DNA of 64,000 nt, from positions 107,260,001 through 107,324,000 of the forward strand of contig OX597819.1 of assembly GCA_951406725.2 (NCBI GenBank), given 5' to 3'. A program made the translations under genes and the position numbers. This document shows positions 40,698-54,205 of this stretch, in pieces (within the stretch, counting starts at the first letter, position 1; each line of letters starts with the position of its first letter). A model generated the notes under the pieces. It was not told the DNA's origin. It saw nothing but the letters and a program-made list of their open reading frames with translations, and did not search any database. Origin of the DNA: Octopus vulgaris. Taxonomy: Eukaryota.

Positions 40698-41605
40698 TAT
40701 ATATATATATACGTTAGAGGGTCGAAGTTCATGGTGTTGCTGTGAATAGTGACTACTTAGAATGAGTTAATCTTACAGTACTTGAACTGATATTACTTCA
40801 TGCTTTCAAGTATATTAGTTTAATTAGAGCAGCTCTAATCATTTTTACCAACCAACTGACTTTGCTCCTGTGCAACGGGATAATACGTTTTCTCTTCTGT
40901 TTCCAAATGAGGCATTTATCAATAACATTAAGTTAGAAGTTTATAAACGTTTAGTTTAAAATTATTTATGTAACATTTATGGATATTTTTCAAATTTTGC
41001 TTTGCAGCATTCACATTTTATGACACTATTTTCACTGCAAATAGAAAAATTAGATAAAGTTGCTGTTTTTTAAAATTACGTCACATAAATTTTACTGGCA
41101 TAATATTGTGATTTCAGATAAGCCTATTTTTATATTGTAGAGAATAGCGTTAATGTTTAAATAAATCATGAAGCAGACATTTTCGTTTATCAATGGAAGT
41201 CAACCAAACGACCCAGATCCATAAACGATTGCAAGAATGAGACGTTGAAACTACCAAGACCGCTTTCGCTAGACACATCTGTTACTTCTGTCAGACAAGA
41301 TTTCAAGCAAGTGTTTAAGAATGAAGATAACTGTTGAATTAATTTACTGTTTTACATGTTTTATATTGATACTAGTCTCAGGATACTGTGATTTTAGAGT
41401 GTGTTGTTACGTTTATGATGCTGATATTTTAGATTAGCGATGCGAATGGGAGAGAATCCTAATTGTGGAATATAGTTTCGTTCATTTAATTATGTTTAAA
41501 GTCTGTCGTTTCAAATAATTGTATATTTTAGGAGCATCGGTATACACACACAGACACACACACACACATACACACTCATACACAAATAACCCCACCATTT
41601 ATTGA

Positions 41606-41663
<58 letters not shown>

Positions 41664-41999
41664 CACACATATATTTGTAAATACTTTCGGAAACTATAAT
41701 GTGAACTCTTTGTCTGGACCACACAGATTTGTTACTATTTGCGCCTCGTTAGCCATGACTGTGAACGTTCTTTAAATTAGGTCTTGGTGCATCTGAAGAC
41801 ACTATACGAGAAGTAAATTATTTATGCACGTGTTTACAAAATTAGTGTACCTATCAAAATTAGTTTACGCTTTTTCTGTAGTTTCTGTGATTACTTGTAT
41901 ATTATTTTGTGACCTACCAAAGTTAAAAAATATTCTCCCATCACTGTTTTGGTTTATACAATTATTATGATACCATACCACCCCACCTGTAAGGGTCTA

Positions 42000-42545
42000 C
42001 GGCATTCCCCAAGAGCATTACGGTGGTAAATGATCTCCTTTGTCAAAGGTATATCCATGCTATAGCTCGAGCCGCCTCTCAAAAACTAGCTCATCTCATC
42101 AGGTCCGGAAAATATATCAAGAACCTCGACAATTTGTGTTACTCAACAGAGAAGTCAGGAAGTCAATTGAGTTCTCTCACATTTGGGATGGTTCTGCTTA
42201 CTATGCACAGAGACATACATAGAACGTATCTGCCAGAAGAGATGCAGCAGTCTCTTGCCAAGAGGCCAGTAGTCTCTTTTCATTGTTTTCTCATGTTGTT
42301 ACTATTGTGGCCGTTGTTTCTTACAGTTGGCTGGTCTCGTACCTTCTCTGCCCTTCTCGTCACACATTTCTATCCACTTTTGCGACGTCCCAATCCCTAG
42401 TCACACACTAACCACAATACCTAATCCTTCCTCTCAAGAACTTCGGTCATCAATGATAGGATCGTTTCTCTGCTCATATCTTTCCTGTAGGTGTTTACCT
42501 GCAACAATCTTAACTGAACAGTAAAGACATCAATTCCATCGGTCT
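42000..42545 (+). mobile_element. Jockey/CR1-group LINE 3' relic
   Basis: YIHAIARAASQKLAHLIRSGKY and VRKSIEFSHIWDG resemble the LINE thumb motif LYKxxVRPxxEYxSxxW. Confidence 0.65.
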
Positions 42546-44400
42546 CTAAAGGCCTGCAAAATTTATTGGTATTTCTCTTCCACCAGACTCAGCAAGTAAA
42601 AACAAAGTGATTCTATATCAAGGTGTTATTTTTAATTTGCAGTGATATTAGAGAAAAACGGAGACAGTGGTTTTAGATCAGGTTGTTAATTTTATATTGA
42701 CGAAATTTTAGATGAAGCGGATAATGATATTAATGTGAAAATAGAGAAACTTCGTTATAAGAAGAAAAGAAAGACATACTGGTTATATTTTATATAGGTT
42801 TATCCAGATTGTGCATTATTACTCTTCATTGCAAAGGATTTTGAGGACAGGCATGTACTCGAAAAAGTGCTTTATAGACTTAAATTCCATTTAAAATGTT
42901 GACAGCTTGTTTATGCTATAAAAGGCCTTCGGAAGTGGAAAGAATCAGAAAAGTGATATATATCTTTTTATATCACTATATAATTTATACAGTGATATTT
43001 ATGATATTTAGACTCAGGAATGTGGCAGAACTTCCTCTCCGGTCTTAACATAGGAAAAGCCGTTGAGCACTCTATACTTATGTGTTACTTTTGCTACTAA
43101 TACAGTCCATTTTATTTATATACCAGAATCAGTAAGATAGCGACAAGTTTCACTATATTTTTATATATCATTCAATATCTCTGCTTTCAATAAGAGTCTG
43201 ATATCTTTTCAAAATTATTTTGAATTCAAAGTTTTCAATTTCCAATTATATAATGTAAATATATGTATATATAATAGTATTTTGATCAATAACCTGTATG
43301 TATTGTATTCATATAAGTATTTTTTTCTATTAAGAAATTTGAAATGTAATTTTAAGCGTATTGTGATCTGATTTTTCTCAAAAGTAATAACATAATTTAT
43401 TTGTATAATATTCAAAATCAAGTATATTTCTTATGCTTAATCTACAGGCAATTTTCTGTCAGCAAAATAGCTTGTTTCCTGTATATAATAGTACTGTAGT
43501 GAATGGACATAATTTTGGAGAAACTTTTTTTCACGTAAGATTGTGTGCAACCTTAGACACCTTACGTACAACTGATACACAAAAAGTCAAATTCAACCAA
43601 TATATTTAAATGAAAGAATACATAAATTGAAATAAATACTTTCAGAAAGCTGCCTTTTATAAATCATGCATTTGAGAACAGCTGAGTAGTGGATATAATG
43701 CCTTGTTTCCAGTTGAGACTTGCTGTCTACATGCATTTCACATATGTTTCTTTAGAAGTGTTTTAATATCAATTTGAGATTGATAATCACTATGTAATTT
43801 AAAATATGTATGCTATGGGTAAGGTTTGAATATGTTTGGCTACACATGGGTTCTTAAGTTTTTGAGTACTTACAAAAAATGGTTAACACATATCATACTC
43901 AATAAACGATAATGATGCTGTATAAATTGCTTTATGTAACTCTAAACTTAATGTTTCCAGATGTATTAAGCTAATTATCAAAATTAGTAAAAAGCTTACT
44001 ATCAGCTCCAATGTTTCACTCCCAGTTGTTAAACAATGACCAGTATTTAGTAAATAATATTAGTATAAGTTGATGCTAACTATGCCGTTCAACAGAAGGT
44101 TGTGCCCAAATAAGATATCGAATGCGGCTGAAATTGGTCAATTGCAATTTTTTCTTAACGCCAAAGAAGGGCACATGTCCTAGGCCCTACACACAAAACT
44201 GCAGTAATGACAACCATTTTAGGATTATCTGTACTCATCTACTGTATCACCTCAGGAAATACTGAGGAGTATATATTAAAACTGTTGCATTCCTAACTGC
44301 ATTCTCTTTCTATCTGTATTTCAATTTTATTACTTCAGTTTACACCGTCTCTTTTTTGTGCCCATGTCCTGTGCTATTAAATTACTTTTCTTTCCTATCA

Positions 44401-44480
44401 TACATTAGGGAGTCTTGAAAAGTTCCTGCTTTGGGTAAAAGAAAAGACAGGAAGATCTGTTAATTATGGTCTTAATCTAC
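44401..44480. mobile_element. mariner-like terminal fragment
   Basis: TA followed by gggagtcttgaaaagttcctgcttt resembles a mariner TIR. Confidence 0.35.
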
Positions 44481-44594
44481 ACAACCTCCATTTTTTGAGA
44501 AAATAAACACGAAACGTTTTGAAAAAGCGGCAACGCGAAACTCAGTGGAAAACTGAACAGTGAAATTTGTCGTAAGGTTTTTATTTGTTGTACT

Positions 44595-44634
<40 letters not shown>

Positions 44635-45517
44635 TGTGTGTGTGCGTGTGCGTGTGTGTGTGTGTACATACATATATATATATATGTGTATGTGTTTATG
44701 TATGTATGCAAAATCAGGTGAGATAGATAGATATAGAAAGAGTGAATGAGTGAGTGAGTGACTGACTGACTGACTGACTGACTGACTGAGTGACTTAGTG
44801 ACTGAGTGAGTGAGAAGAAATATTAACATATTTCAACAAAACGATGTAAAGTTTTATCCTACCAAATATTAAGAAATACGAGAAATTATGAAAAATATTT
44901 TCGATCGATTATTTTGTTCTATAAAATTAGTCAATCGATTTAAAAAAATTCGATGAAAATTTCTAGTACAAATTGCAATGATTGATAGCAATGCTTTAAT
45001 TAATTAAAAAGGTGAATATTTATTATTTTATAAATGTACTTTCTCTATGAATAAAATTCACAAAGGTCGATGTTGCTCACAGACTAAATGCAATGATCCA
45101 TAAAGAATTTTTTAATCAATTGCAAGAAAACAGGTAATGAGAAGAATATTCATGAGCGTCAAGTATAACTCTTATGAAGATGTGCGATGGAGACTCATTA
45201 TTAGGAATTTAATTTACCTCCTGATAATTTTAATGTATTTTCGTTTCTCGTTCGTTTCTGTAGGTGGATTGCGTTCATTCTTGGGCCATGCCAGTACTTT
45301 GTTTAGAACTTAGTTTAGCGATCTTTGTTTATCAAATATTTCTGTTTAGTTTCATCGTAAAAAGTCGTAACTCGCAGAAAATTAATATCACAACACATTT
45401 CTTTAAGATGTCTTAAATTAGCAGTTATTTGTATAAGACACAAAGTCCTTTACTTCATTTTCTCTTTTTCCTCTCACTTTCATAATTACGAACACACACA
45501 CACACTCACACATATAC

Positions 45518-45610
<93 letters not shown>

Positions 45611-45667
45611 CACGTCAACACAGTAATGGACACACATACACAAAAAGAAATGCATACACACTTATTA

Positions 45668-46906
45668 AGTGCGTCCCAGAAAGATTTACCCATGTTTAAA
45701 CTATTTCTAAAGAATATTGGTTCAAGTAAGATTATCTACATTTTATATAAAGATTTGCATATGTCCTTTGTTCATGTGTTTTTTGTTTCATTTGTCTATA
45801 ACAGGTTTATAAACAATCATGGCGTCAAAAACAAACGTGTCCAGATTGTCGCTTTGAAAACAGCTGGAGTGTGAGCAACAAGCACATAACAACGCAGTTG
45901 AATATGTCGTAAAACAGGGTTCAATACCTGGAAATAATATATGGAGTACGCTACTGCCTCTAGAAAGCCAATTCCTGGTAAGAAACGATCAATTCGTACC
46001 AAACAACCTGTTGAAGTTGGGAAGAAGCGAATGCACCGAAATCCCTACAAGAGTACAAGAACAACCTCAAAATGTCTTGATATTTCGAAATCGTCAATGC
46101 ACAGAATTTTTATAGGGGATTTAAATCTTACTGCATACAGGAAACAATTTTAGCAGTTAATTTCAACAGATATCAAAAAGAAACAGCTCGACAGGGGTAA
46201 AGCCACGTTAGCTGAGATAAAAAGCGCTGCTAACTAAGATTTGATCTAGTCCCACGAGAAAATCTTCACCGTGGAAGCAGCTCCCAACAGGGAAAATGGC
46301 AGGCTTTATGCACATAATGCAGGAGACGTGCTCGAGGGTAGCAGGTGTCGTTTAGGCCGTCAGAAGCCAACTTCACCCGTGGTGTGGGCCGCAGTCGCCT
46401 AATCCTCTGATGGGTTCGAGGTTCCCTTGATCTTCTTCGTCAAGGTCATCAGTGACCTTTATGTGGAAATGTTGCATGAGAAACATTTAGTGACCGTTAC
46501 ATCGTCACTCAATACGAGGCCAAATATCCAGTTGTCACAGAGGTGTTTCAAAGAGCAATTCAATTAAGACAAGACAATATGGCCTCCCTCAAATCCAGAC
46601 ATCAATCCATGGACTTCGCTATTTGGCTCTTCTCAGAGAATTATGTTTCTTCTCGCTCCTGTTCAAATGTGTCAGATCTGAAGAAAGCCCCTCTATTTTC
46701 ATGGAGGTGATAGGGCGTTCGTGGAACTCAGGGACCACTCGTTTGCAGGCTACGATCAAGGCGAAAGACGGTCATTTTGAAATATAATTACTGCAATGGA
46801 AGGACAATTTGTATTAGAACGTGTATGCCAAATCTCATTATTCTTCATTAAGTTTAGTTTGAATAATTAAGAAATATCAGTGGATAAATCTTTCTGGAAC
46901 ACCCTG
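45668..46906 (+). mobile_element. Full-length but decayed Tc1/mariner element (maT/DD37D-like)
   Basis: TIRs TA-agtgcgtcccagaaagattta and taaatctttctggaacaccctg-TA. Transposase relic includes RVQIVALKTAG, SHEKIFTVE, VVWAAV, WPPSNPDINP and DFAIW. Confidence 0.85.
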
Positions 46907-47067
46907 TACAAATACACACGGGGGAGCACAGGGTGATAGACAGACAAACAGATAGATATATAGATAGAGATATATAAATAGAGAGATATATAGAGAGAGA
47001 GATATATGGACAGATAGAGAGATATTGATAGATAGAGAGATAGAGAGAGAGATAGGGAGAGATAGAG

Positions 47068-47172
<105 letters not shown>

Positions 47173-49582
47173 TGTTTCTTTATTAGCCACACCGGGTTGC
47201 ACACAGATAGAACAAATTACAAGGTAGAGCTTTTCTTTTGAAGGGTTAGAAATAAAAAAAAAAAAAATAAATAAAAAAAAGGAAGGGGGGAGTTTCGATC
47301 AAAAGGTATCGTAAAAGGAGAGAAAGAGGACAAAAAAGGGGGGTTAAAAAAAGGGGGGAGGAAAAAAATTGATCAATAGGGATCGTTATCACAGAAATGT
47401 CAATATGAAGTGTAAAGGGGAGGACAGGTGAGGTTTACCCGTGGAAAGAAAAGCCTACGGAAAAGACCACGGTAACCTCGGTCAATGAAGTCACATTTTA
47501 TATTTCTTTTTTTTTTTTTGCAAATAAGCAACTCTCTGTTTTCGATTTCTGGGTTCATAGGACTATGCTCAAGGTGGCTTCGTCATTCATACGTGCCTTT
47601 CTTGCTACATTCACCCATCTTTTTTTAAAACATTCGCTAGACAAAACTTGCCTCTCTACTCTCACTTTCCTTTTCAAGTGGTACTTGAAGAGGTTGATGA
47701 GAGATTGACCAGAGAGGAAAGTGTTTGTCTCCAATCCTTTCAGACGCGTCCACCAGATACATTCTTTCGCCATAACCACAAGGATGATGAAAATAGCTCT
47801 TCCTTCCCGTTTGAAGGAAGGAGGCGTGACAATATTGACGATAGACTCAGCTGATAAACCGACTCGTCCCACACGTGACAGCAGTTGTTCGACATAAGCC
47901 CACAGGTCGGAAATTGTTGGACACTGAACGAGTGCGTGCAGAACGGTTTCGTCGCTTTGACCGCATCTCGGGCAGGTCGGCCCCGTGTTTCTCGAGCCGT
48001 GTCTGTAGAGCTTATCCCGAACGGGTAGCGCTTCTCGGTAGCACTGCCAGGCCAGGGATCTCTGGAGGTTGTCCATGGGCCCTGGCCCGAAAGTCGTCCT
48101 GAACAGGCGGGTCAGGTACTCCTCGTCGACGTCCAGGTTCGCCCCGAGCTCGTCGTCGTACCTCCCCTCCACTAAACCCCTATAGAATGCTTTGGTTGTG
48201 TTGAAGTCACTTAAGGTCGACCCAGGACGGCAGAGTTGCTTGAGAGCAACGCGACACTCGCGGTGCCATTCGCCCTTCCTCGGCCTCTTTTTGATCCACG
48301 ACTGCAGTTCGGTCATGGAGACGAGCTGCGGGAAAGCGTGCCTCACAAACGGCGACCACACCTGTTCACCGTCGTCTACATAGAGCCAGAGATGTCGCAG
48401 TCTCAGCGCGTGTCTGCGCATCATCAACCACGGCATGCCCAGCCCTCCTTTTAACGGGTGTTGACAGCAAATGGATCGCCTGACCATCGGGACGCATCCT
48501 TTCCACAAAAAGCGAAAGAGGATGCGTTGTAGTTTGGTGATGGTAGGGTCGGGACAAGGTACGACGGTCAGGCGGTAGTAGATGACGGACGCGATGTACG
48601 TGTTCGCCACCTCCGCTCGACCTTTTAGGGACAGTTTCCTCTCGGCCCATTGCCGGGCGAGAGTGACCACCCTACTCGTTATCTCGTTCCAGTTCTTCTC
48701 CACTTGGAGGTCCGGACCAAACCAGACCCCGAGCAACTCAACCGGGCCGTCGGTCCAGCGTCCCACAACGGAGGCGCTAGTGGACGGCATGGGCTTGCTT
48801 CTCCAGGTGCCTAGTCGCAAGCCCACTGACTTTTCCCTGTTGATTTTCGCTCCTGTCACCGCTTCGTAGTTTTTCAGTGTCTCGCCGACCAGCTCGATGT
48901 GCTCGTGGCTAGACACTATGACGGTGACGTCGTCCGCGTATGCAGACACGCTCGTCCCGCATCCCAATTCTCGCGGGATGCCCCTTAGAGTCGCCAGCTT
49001 CCGCAGTAGTGGCTCAAGAGTCAATACGTATAGAAGCGCCGAGAGGGGGCATCCCTGACGGACCGAACGTGCAATGTCGAAAGGTCTCGATAGATGTCCA
49101 TTTACGCGAATTACCGAACGGATGCCTCTGTACAAGGCAGCTATCCAGCCGCGGAAGACGGGACCGAAACCAGCCGCTCTCAGGACTGCCTCCAAGTATC
49201 GATGGTCTACCCTATCAAAGGCTTTCGATTGATCCAAGTTGATCAGGGCCCCACCCATGCCAGGTTCGTTAACTACCCTGTCTATGATGTAGCGCATCAG
49301 ATGGAGGTTGTCATGGATGGTCCGGCCTGGTACGGCGCATGTTTGCGCCTTGTCGACCAGTTTCTCGATGACAAGCGCCAACCTCTTGGCTAACACCTTG
49401 GCCAAAATTTTCAAGTCTGCATTAAGCAGAGTGATGGGCCTAAAGTTATCTATTACATTTCCCTTGTTTAGATCTTTCTTCAGCAGTGTTACGGCTCCTC
49501 GGCTCACAAAACCAGGAATGCTCCCGTTTTGCTGCCAGTTGCAGTACACCGCCGCCAAGAGATCTCCGAACAAGTCTGGCAT
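47173..49582 (-). mobile_element. Young 5'-truncated Tx1-clade (L1 group) LINE inserted in (GATA)n
   Basis: GC-rich island with an intact ORF and a pyrimidine-rich 3' UTR ending ggctAATAAAgaaaca, joined directly to (TATC)n. (TATC)n is also at the 5' junction. Confidence 0.93.
47555..49582 (-). CDS. Tx1-type ORF2, N-terminally truncated: reverse transcriptase plus CCHC knuckle, no APE domain
   Basis: NFRPITLLNADLKILAK, LDQSKAFDRV, RQGCPLS, YADD, GGLG and CPRCGQSDETVLHALVQC over 675 aa without stops. Confidence 0.92.
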   Translation of the reverse strand: MPDLFGDLLAAVYCNWQQNGSIPGFVSRGAVTLLKKDLNKGNVIDNFRPITLLNADLKILAKVLAKRLALVIEKLVDKAQTCAVPGRTIHDNLHLMRYIIDRVVNEPGMGGALINLDQSKAFDRVDHRYLEAVLRAAGFGPVFRGWIAALYRGIRSVIRVNGHLSRPFDIARSVRQGCPLSALLYVLTLEPLLRKLATLRGIPRELGCGTSVSAYADDVTVIVSSHEHIELVGETLKNYEAVTGAKINREKSVGLRLGTWRSKPMPSTSASVVGRWTDGPVELLGVWFGPDLQVEKNWNEITSRVVTLARQWAERKLSLKGRAEVANTYIASVIYYRLTVVPCPDPTITKLQRILFRFLWKGCVPMVRRSICCQHPLKGGLGMPWLMMRRHALRLRHLWLYVDDGEQVWSPFVRHAFPQLVSMTELQSWIKKRPRKGEWHRECRVALKQLCRPGSTLSDFNTTKAFYRGLVEGRYDDELGANLDVDEEYLTRLFRTTFGPGPMDNLQRSLAWQCYREALPVRDKLYRHGSRNTGPTCPRCGQSDETVLHALVQCPTISDLWAYVEQLLSRVGRVGLSAESIVNIVTPPSFKREGRAIFIILVVMAKECIWWTRLKGLETNTFLSGQSLINLFKYHLKRKVRVERQVLSSECFKKRWVNVARKARMNDEATLSIVL

Positions 49583-49665
<83 letters not shown>
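49583..49665. repeat. (GATA)n array at the 5' junction of the Tx1 element
   Basis: Directly visible. Confidence 0.97.
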
Positions 49666-50477
49666 CTGTAATTATGAAGGAAAATAGTTCACATTAGCCT
49701 CCCAACTTTACTGAAACCCGCTATTCATGGAGAAATTCTAATACAAACCAGCTGAATGGGCCTTGCAATTTAGAAGCAGCCATACATGAAGTAATGTTTA
49801 TTTCAGCATATTCTAATCACCATATTGCCCTGGAGCGTTATAGTGGTATGACAGAAGGGTAGGTGAAGAGAAAATATATAATTGTGCTTCCACCTTTTTT
49901 CTTTCACAAATATTGATAAAGGAAAAATAAGAACAGTGTGACATTAAAATTTTTAAAGTAAAATCTTTAGTTTATAGCATTATAGTATATATCGTCAACA
50001 TTTTTAGGGCTGATAAAATGCTAGAAACCGGTTATAGCCTATGCGGTGAAATATTTAATGCTAATAAACTGGCTGCTGATGTAGCGTTATTCGCGAAATT
50101 GAAAGCTAAATTACTTTCGTATTGAAACCGGCTGATAGAGACTGTATGAAACACCTCGCTTTTAAGCAGGATTTGAACTCGGAAAAGTACGCAACGGTAT
50201 TCAACTTCACGGTCATACAGTTCCACGAAACCACCGTCTTGGATCGTACGTTTTTATCGATTTTGAAAAAATAAAAAGTGAAGTTAATACCGGTGGGATT
50301 GAGCACTGATTCAATGAACAGGTAATTTCGTTGAACGAATAATTAAATACATATTGTAGAGAAAAACGGAGGGCCATCAATCTATATCTGTGTGTATGTA
50401 AGTGTTTGTATCTTTCTATGTCTCTGTTCGTATATGAGGGTGGGCAGATAAATAGAATAATTGTAAACGAGCGCGGT

Positions 50478-50772
50478 AGAGGAGCAATGGCCCAGTGGTT
50501 AGGTCAGCGTATTCGCGGTCGGAGGATCGCGGTTTCGATTCCCAGACCGGGCATGGTGTGTGTTTATTGAGCGAAAACACCTAAAGCTTCACGAGGTCCG
50601 GCAGGGGGTGGTGGCGACCCCTGTTGTACTCTTTCGCCCCACTCTTTCTTCTTGAGTAACGCTGTGATGGACTGGCGTCCTGTCCAGCTGCGAGGAATAC
50701 ATACGCCACTGAAGCCGGGAAACTGGGCCTATGAGCCTGGCTAGGCCTGAAAAGGGCGCATAAAGAAAAATA
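50478..50772 (+). mobile_element. Well-preserved tRNA-derived SINE with V-domain-like segment
   Basis: A box tggcccagtgg, B box ggtttcgattcc, internal ctgtgatggactggcgtcctgtccag and an A-rich tail. Confidence 0.8.
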
Positions 50773-51044
50773 AAAACGAGGTCGAGCATGTATCTGTGTA
50801 GTATACTAATGGTTTTGTTTAAGATATTAGTGAATTCGGGAATAAAAGAGCACAAAACATAATTCAAACTTCTCGTCAAAGAAAATTATTTTGAACATCA
50901 TACCTGCTCCAAGGAGTCGGAAATTCATGGAAATTATTCCATCGATAACTGTAAAACAAAGAAAATATATATATATTAGATCTTCAACTACAGCAGAGTA
51001 ATATTTTTAACGCATAACTATATTTGTATACAGGAATACATACA

Positions 51045-51082
<38 letters not shown>

Positions 51083-51389
51083 GTTGTATAAATAAGACTT
51101 TCGTCGTCGCTCTTTCTCCGTAACATATCTAGCCTCTGGATTTGTTTACAAATATTATATGTAGTACTAAATAGACAGTTAAATATTTATACATAAAATT
51201 TTACTGTCTGTCTCAATCGTATGCGCAAGGAGCCGTATTAGCGTTGATATGTGGGTACGATTCTAGCCTAAGCGCATCATTTCTCAGTCAGCTTTTTAGA
51301 TAATGTCGCTTAAATTCGAAGTATAAATATTATTCTTATTTTTCCTTCTTTCTTCAAATTTTCTTCCGTTTCTCGCCGAGTGGTTTCAC

Positions 51390-52443
51390 TGGTACTGTTG
51401 TCGCCTTGAGATGCTACATTTTAAAAATTTCTATTAGCAAGTCTTTATATTTACTTATCTTGTCAAATTCTTCCGACGCTATATTGTGATCGCAAGGAAT
51501 ACTCATGTCAATTAATAAACACACCTTTTTTGTCTGATCTCTTATAATAATATCCGGTTTATTAGCTTTTATAGCTTCAGGTTAGTGTTTATACCATTTG
51601 TCAGCGGTTTTGATTTTATAATACCGACATATTGTCCAATGCAAATACTGGCCGACTCTGTCATGTCTTGCTTTATATTCTAAAAGTGCTAAGACTCTAC
51701 ACCCTGAGATTAGGTGGTCTATAGTTTCAATCTCATCGTTACAGAATCGGCATTTTGGGTCAGCTCCATTTTTTATCACATTGGCTTGGTAGTTCCGGGT
51801 TAATAAGCTTTGGTCTTGAGCAGCTATGAAACGATCACTCTCTGCTTTTGGCCCTGAGCTTCGTAACCATTAGTGCGTGTGTTTCTGGTCCACATCAGCT
51901 TGTTTGCTACGGGCCACATACTTGCCATGCAGAGGTTTCTGTTCCCATCTACTCGCTAATTTTTCATGTGCTTTTGTCTTTGCAATTAATTTTATTTTCT
52001 TTGCAGCAGCAGTTGGCGCATTTCCTTCAACCTGGTAGGTATCTAAGAGATCAGTAGCGAATTTTTTGCTCTCTTTGAGAATAGAATGAAGTTTTTTCGG
52101 TCTTTCATGTTTATCAACAAGTTGGTTGTTTCAAGATATTTGGCCAGTCCGATTGTGGTGGTTTTGTACGTAAATTCAAGCTGGATCAAGCCTCGACCTC
52201 CCTGAGCTCTGGGAAGGTAAAGACGATCCACGCCTGCCTTTGGATGGTGCATCTTATTACAAGTCAGTAGATTGCGGGTTTTTCTGTCATTTTTCATTAT
52301 TTCACTGGTATTCCAGTTAAGCACATTGAAGCTATAAAGAACAACTGGGACTGCAAAGCATTCAGCTCAGACTTCAGGACTCTGATCGAACTCTTCTATA
52401 ACATTCCTTCCTAACCTTTTCTTTCATACTTGCATGCTGGATA

Positions 52444-52445
<2 letters not shown>
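51390..52445 (-). mobile_element. Degenerate R4/Dong-type LINE (RT thumb, CCHC, RLE)
   Basis: MHHPKAGVDRLYLPRAQGGRGL, AAQDQSLLTRNY, CRFCNDEIETIDHLISGC, RHDRVG, KPDIII, LIDMSIP and KYKDL. Confidence 0.9.
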
Positions 52446-52481
<36 letters not shown>

Positions 52482-52574
52482 AATCCAAATATATCAATAA
52501 TAAGATATTAGCAGACAAGAAGACATACACAATGAATGTCTGTATTTGTTTGACGCTCGGTAAAAAGAAATCGA

Positions 52575-52607
52575 TTTGACGTTTCGAGCATAGCACTTCG
52601 TCGGAAA
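52575..52607 (-). ncRNA. Degenerate minimal hammerhead-like motif
   Basis: The minus strand reads TTT-CCGACGA-A-GTGC(tat)GCTC-GAAA-CGTC-AAA, the same layout as 773-810. Confidence 0.4.
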
Positions 52608-52739
52608 GGAAAAAGAAAATTTAAAGAAGGAAGACAAATAGACAACAATACGTGTATAGTTATGTTGCTGAAGTGGCTGTAAGTAGAAAGAGATAAAGAA
52701 GTGGTTTTCTAGGACAAGAGGGTGTAAAGATAACTTGCA

Positions 52740-53640
52740 TGTGTGTGTGTGTGTGTGTGTGTGTCTATGTCTGTGTGCGTGGTAGTATTTGTGTGTGAGT
52801 TTATGTATAAATGAGTGATGCACGTGTTAGGATTTGAGTCAACGCACACGTTTGGCAGTTGGTGTTTGATGCAGTTGTAGGAAGTGAAAATTGTGTGCAT
52901 GGATGGAGGCGGCTGTGTTTGTGTATATGTGTTTGCATGTGTGCATATGACGAAGTGGGAATGTATGATTGCGTGTGTGTGTGTGTATGTATATATGTGT
53001 GTGTATATATGTGCATATGTATCTGTGTGAGGTCGTATGTGTGGAAGTATATGTACATATGTGTGTGGAGGTATATGTGCGTGTGTGTGCGTGAGAGATG
53101 TGTGGTGACACGTGTGGGGTTTTGCGTTTGCGCATGAGCGTGTAGGCACGTGTGTGTACGCGTGCATCAGTGTACATAGGAGTATATATATGTGCTTATG
53201 AGCTTGTATGTGTGTGTGTATATATGCGTGTGTAAATGTGTGTGTATTTGCGCGTATGTGTGTCTATATACGTATGTGTGTGTATATGTGCCTATGAGTG
53301 CGTGTGAGGGCGTGGATGAGTATGTATGCCTGTGTGGATGTGTGTGTGCGTGTGACTGTGTCCGTGTGTGTGAGCGTGCGTATATATATGGAATATGATG
53401 GGATGTGTGTGCGAGATGACAAATGTGTGTGCGCGTCAGAGTTGTTATTTGTATATATGTGTGTGTGTTTGAGTTTCTGTGAGTGAGTGTGTGTGTGTGT
53501 GTGTGTGTATGCATATTTGCGTATGAGTGATTGTGAGGGCGTGTGTGTGGAGTGGGTGTTTTTATATGTAAGGGTGTATGCATGCGTGTGTATATTTGTG
53601 TATGTACGTTTGCGCATGTGTTTGAATATGTGTGCGTGTA
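52740..53640. repeat. ~900-bp cryptic (GT/AT) simple-sequence tract
   Basis: Directly visible. Confidence 0.85.
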
Positions 53641-53854
53641 CAGGGTTCTATTTGTACAGGTCAGGATATATCAGCGTGTATATGAGTACGGTATGTGTCT
53701 CAATATTATGTGGGGGTGGGGCCATGCCATTTATATCGGTTAGTATGAGTTGAATAGAAATTGAAGAACAACCAGAAAATGAAGAATAAAAATAAAAACA
53801 TACTTTAAAAATGCGCATGTGCGTGCGTCCGTACGTACGTGTGTGTATCTGTGA

Positions 53855-53925
<71 letters not shown>

Positions 53926-54024
53926 GATAAGCATAACAAATGCGCAACCGGTAAAAAGAACTTTCACCTAATTAAATTACTTAAATTACTTCAATTATTT
54001 GTCAGCATTTTCTTCATTTCCTTT

Positions 54025-54085
<61 letters not shown>

Positions 54086-54112
54086 CAAAATAAGCAACAA
54101 GAATGACTCCGG

Positions 54113-54205
54113 TAATTTGGTACGATCGTTTCGTACTACATCATTTTATTAAATGTTGTAAGTATTACAACAGATTTAAGATGCTGAGTACTCATCAGCC
54201 AATTA
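54113..54205 (-). ncRNA. Type I hammerhead ribozyme with canonical core
   Basis: TAATTGG-CTGATGA-GTACT...AGTAC-GAAA-CGATCG-TA-CCAAATTA. All core residues are present, stem II is extended (GCATC/GATGT, TTAAA/TTTAA, TGTTGTAA/TTACAACA), stem III is the palindrome ACGATCGT and the triplet is GUA. Confidence 0.8.

Noticed and set aside
41140-41340. Possible host exon after a polypyrimidine-AG
   Set aside because: All three frames hit stops within about 25 nt of the acceptor, and the later open stretch has no recognisable homology.
42640-42850. Possible small coding exons
   Set aside because: They would need ~30-bp introns or frameshifts, and no domain is recognisable.
49580-49582. ATG as the genuine start of an RT-only gene
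   Set aside because: It sits at the 5' truncation junction with (TATC)n. The APE domain, ORF1 and promoter are absent.
50478-50550. tRNA gene (also the heads at 1-135, 22528 and 56690)
   Set aside because: A/B boxes are present, but there is no complete cloverleaf or oligo-T terminator, and each continues into a SINE body.
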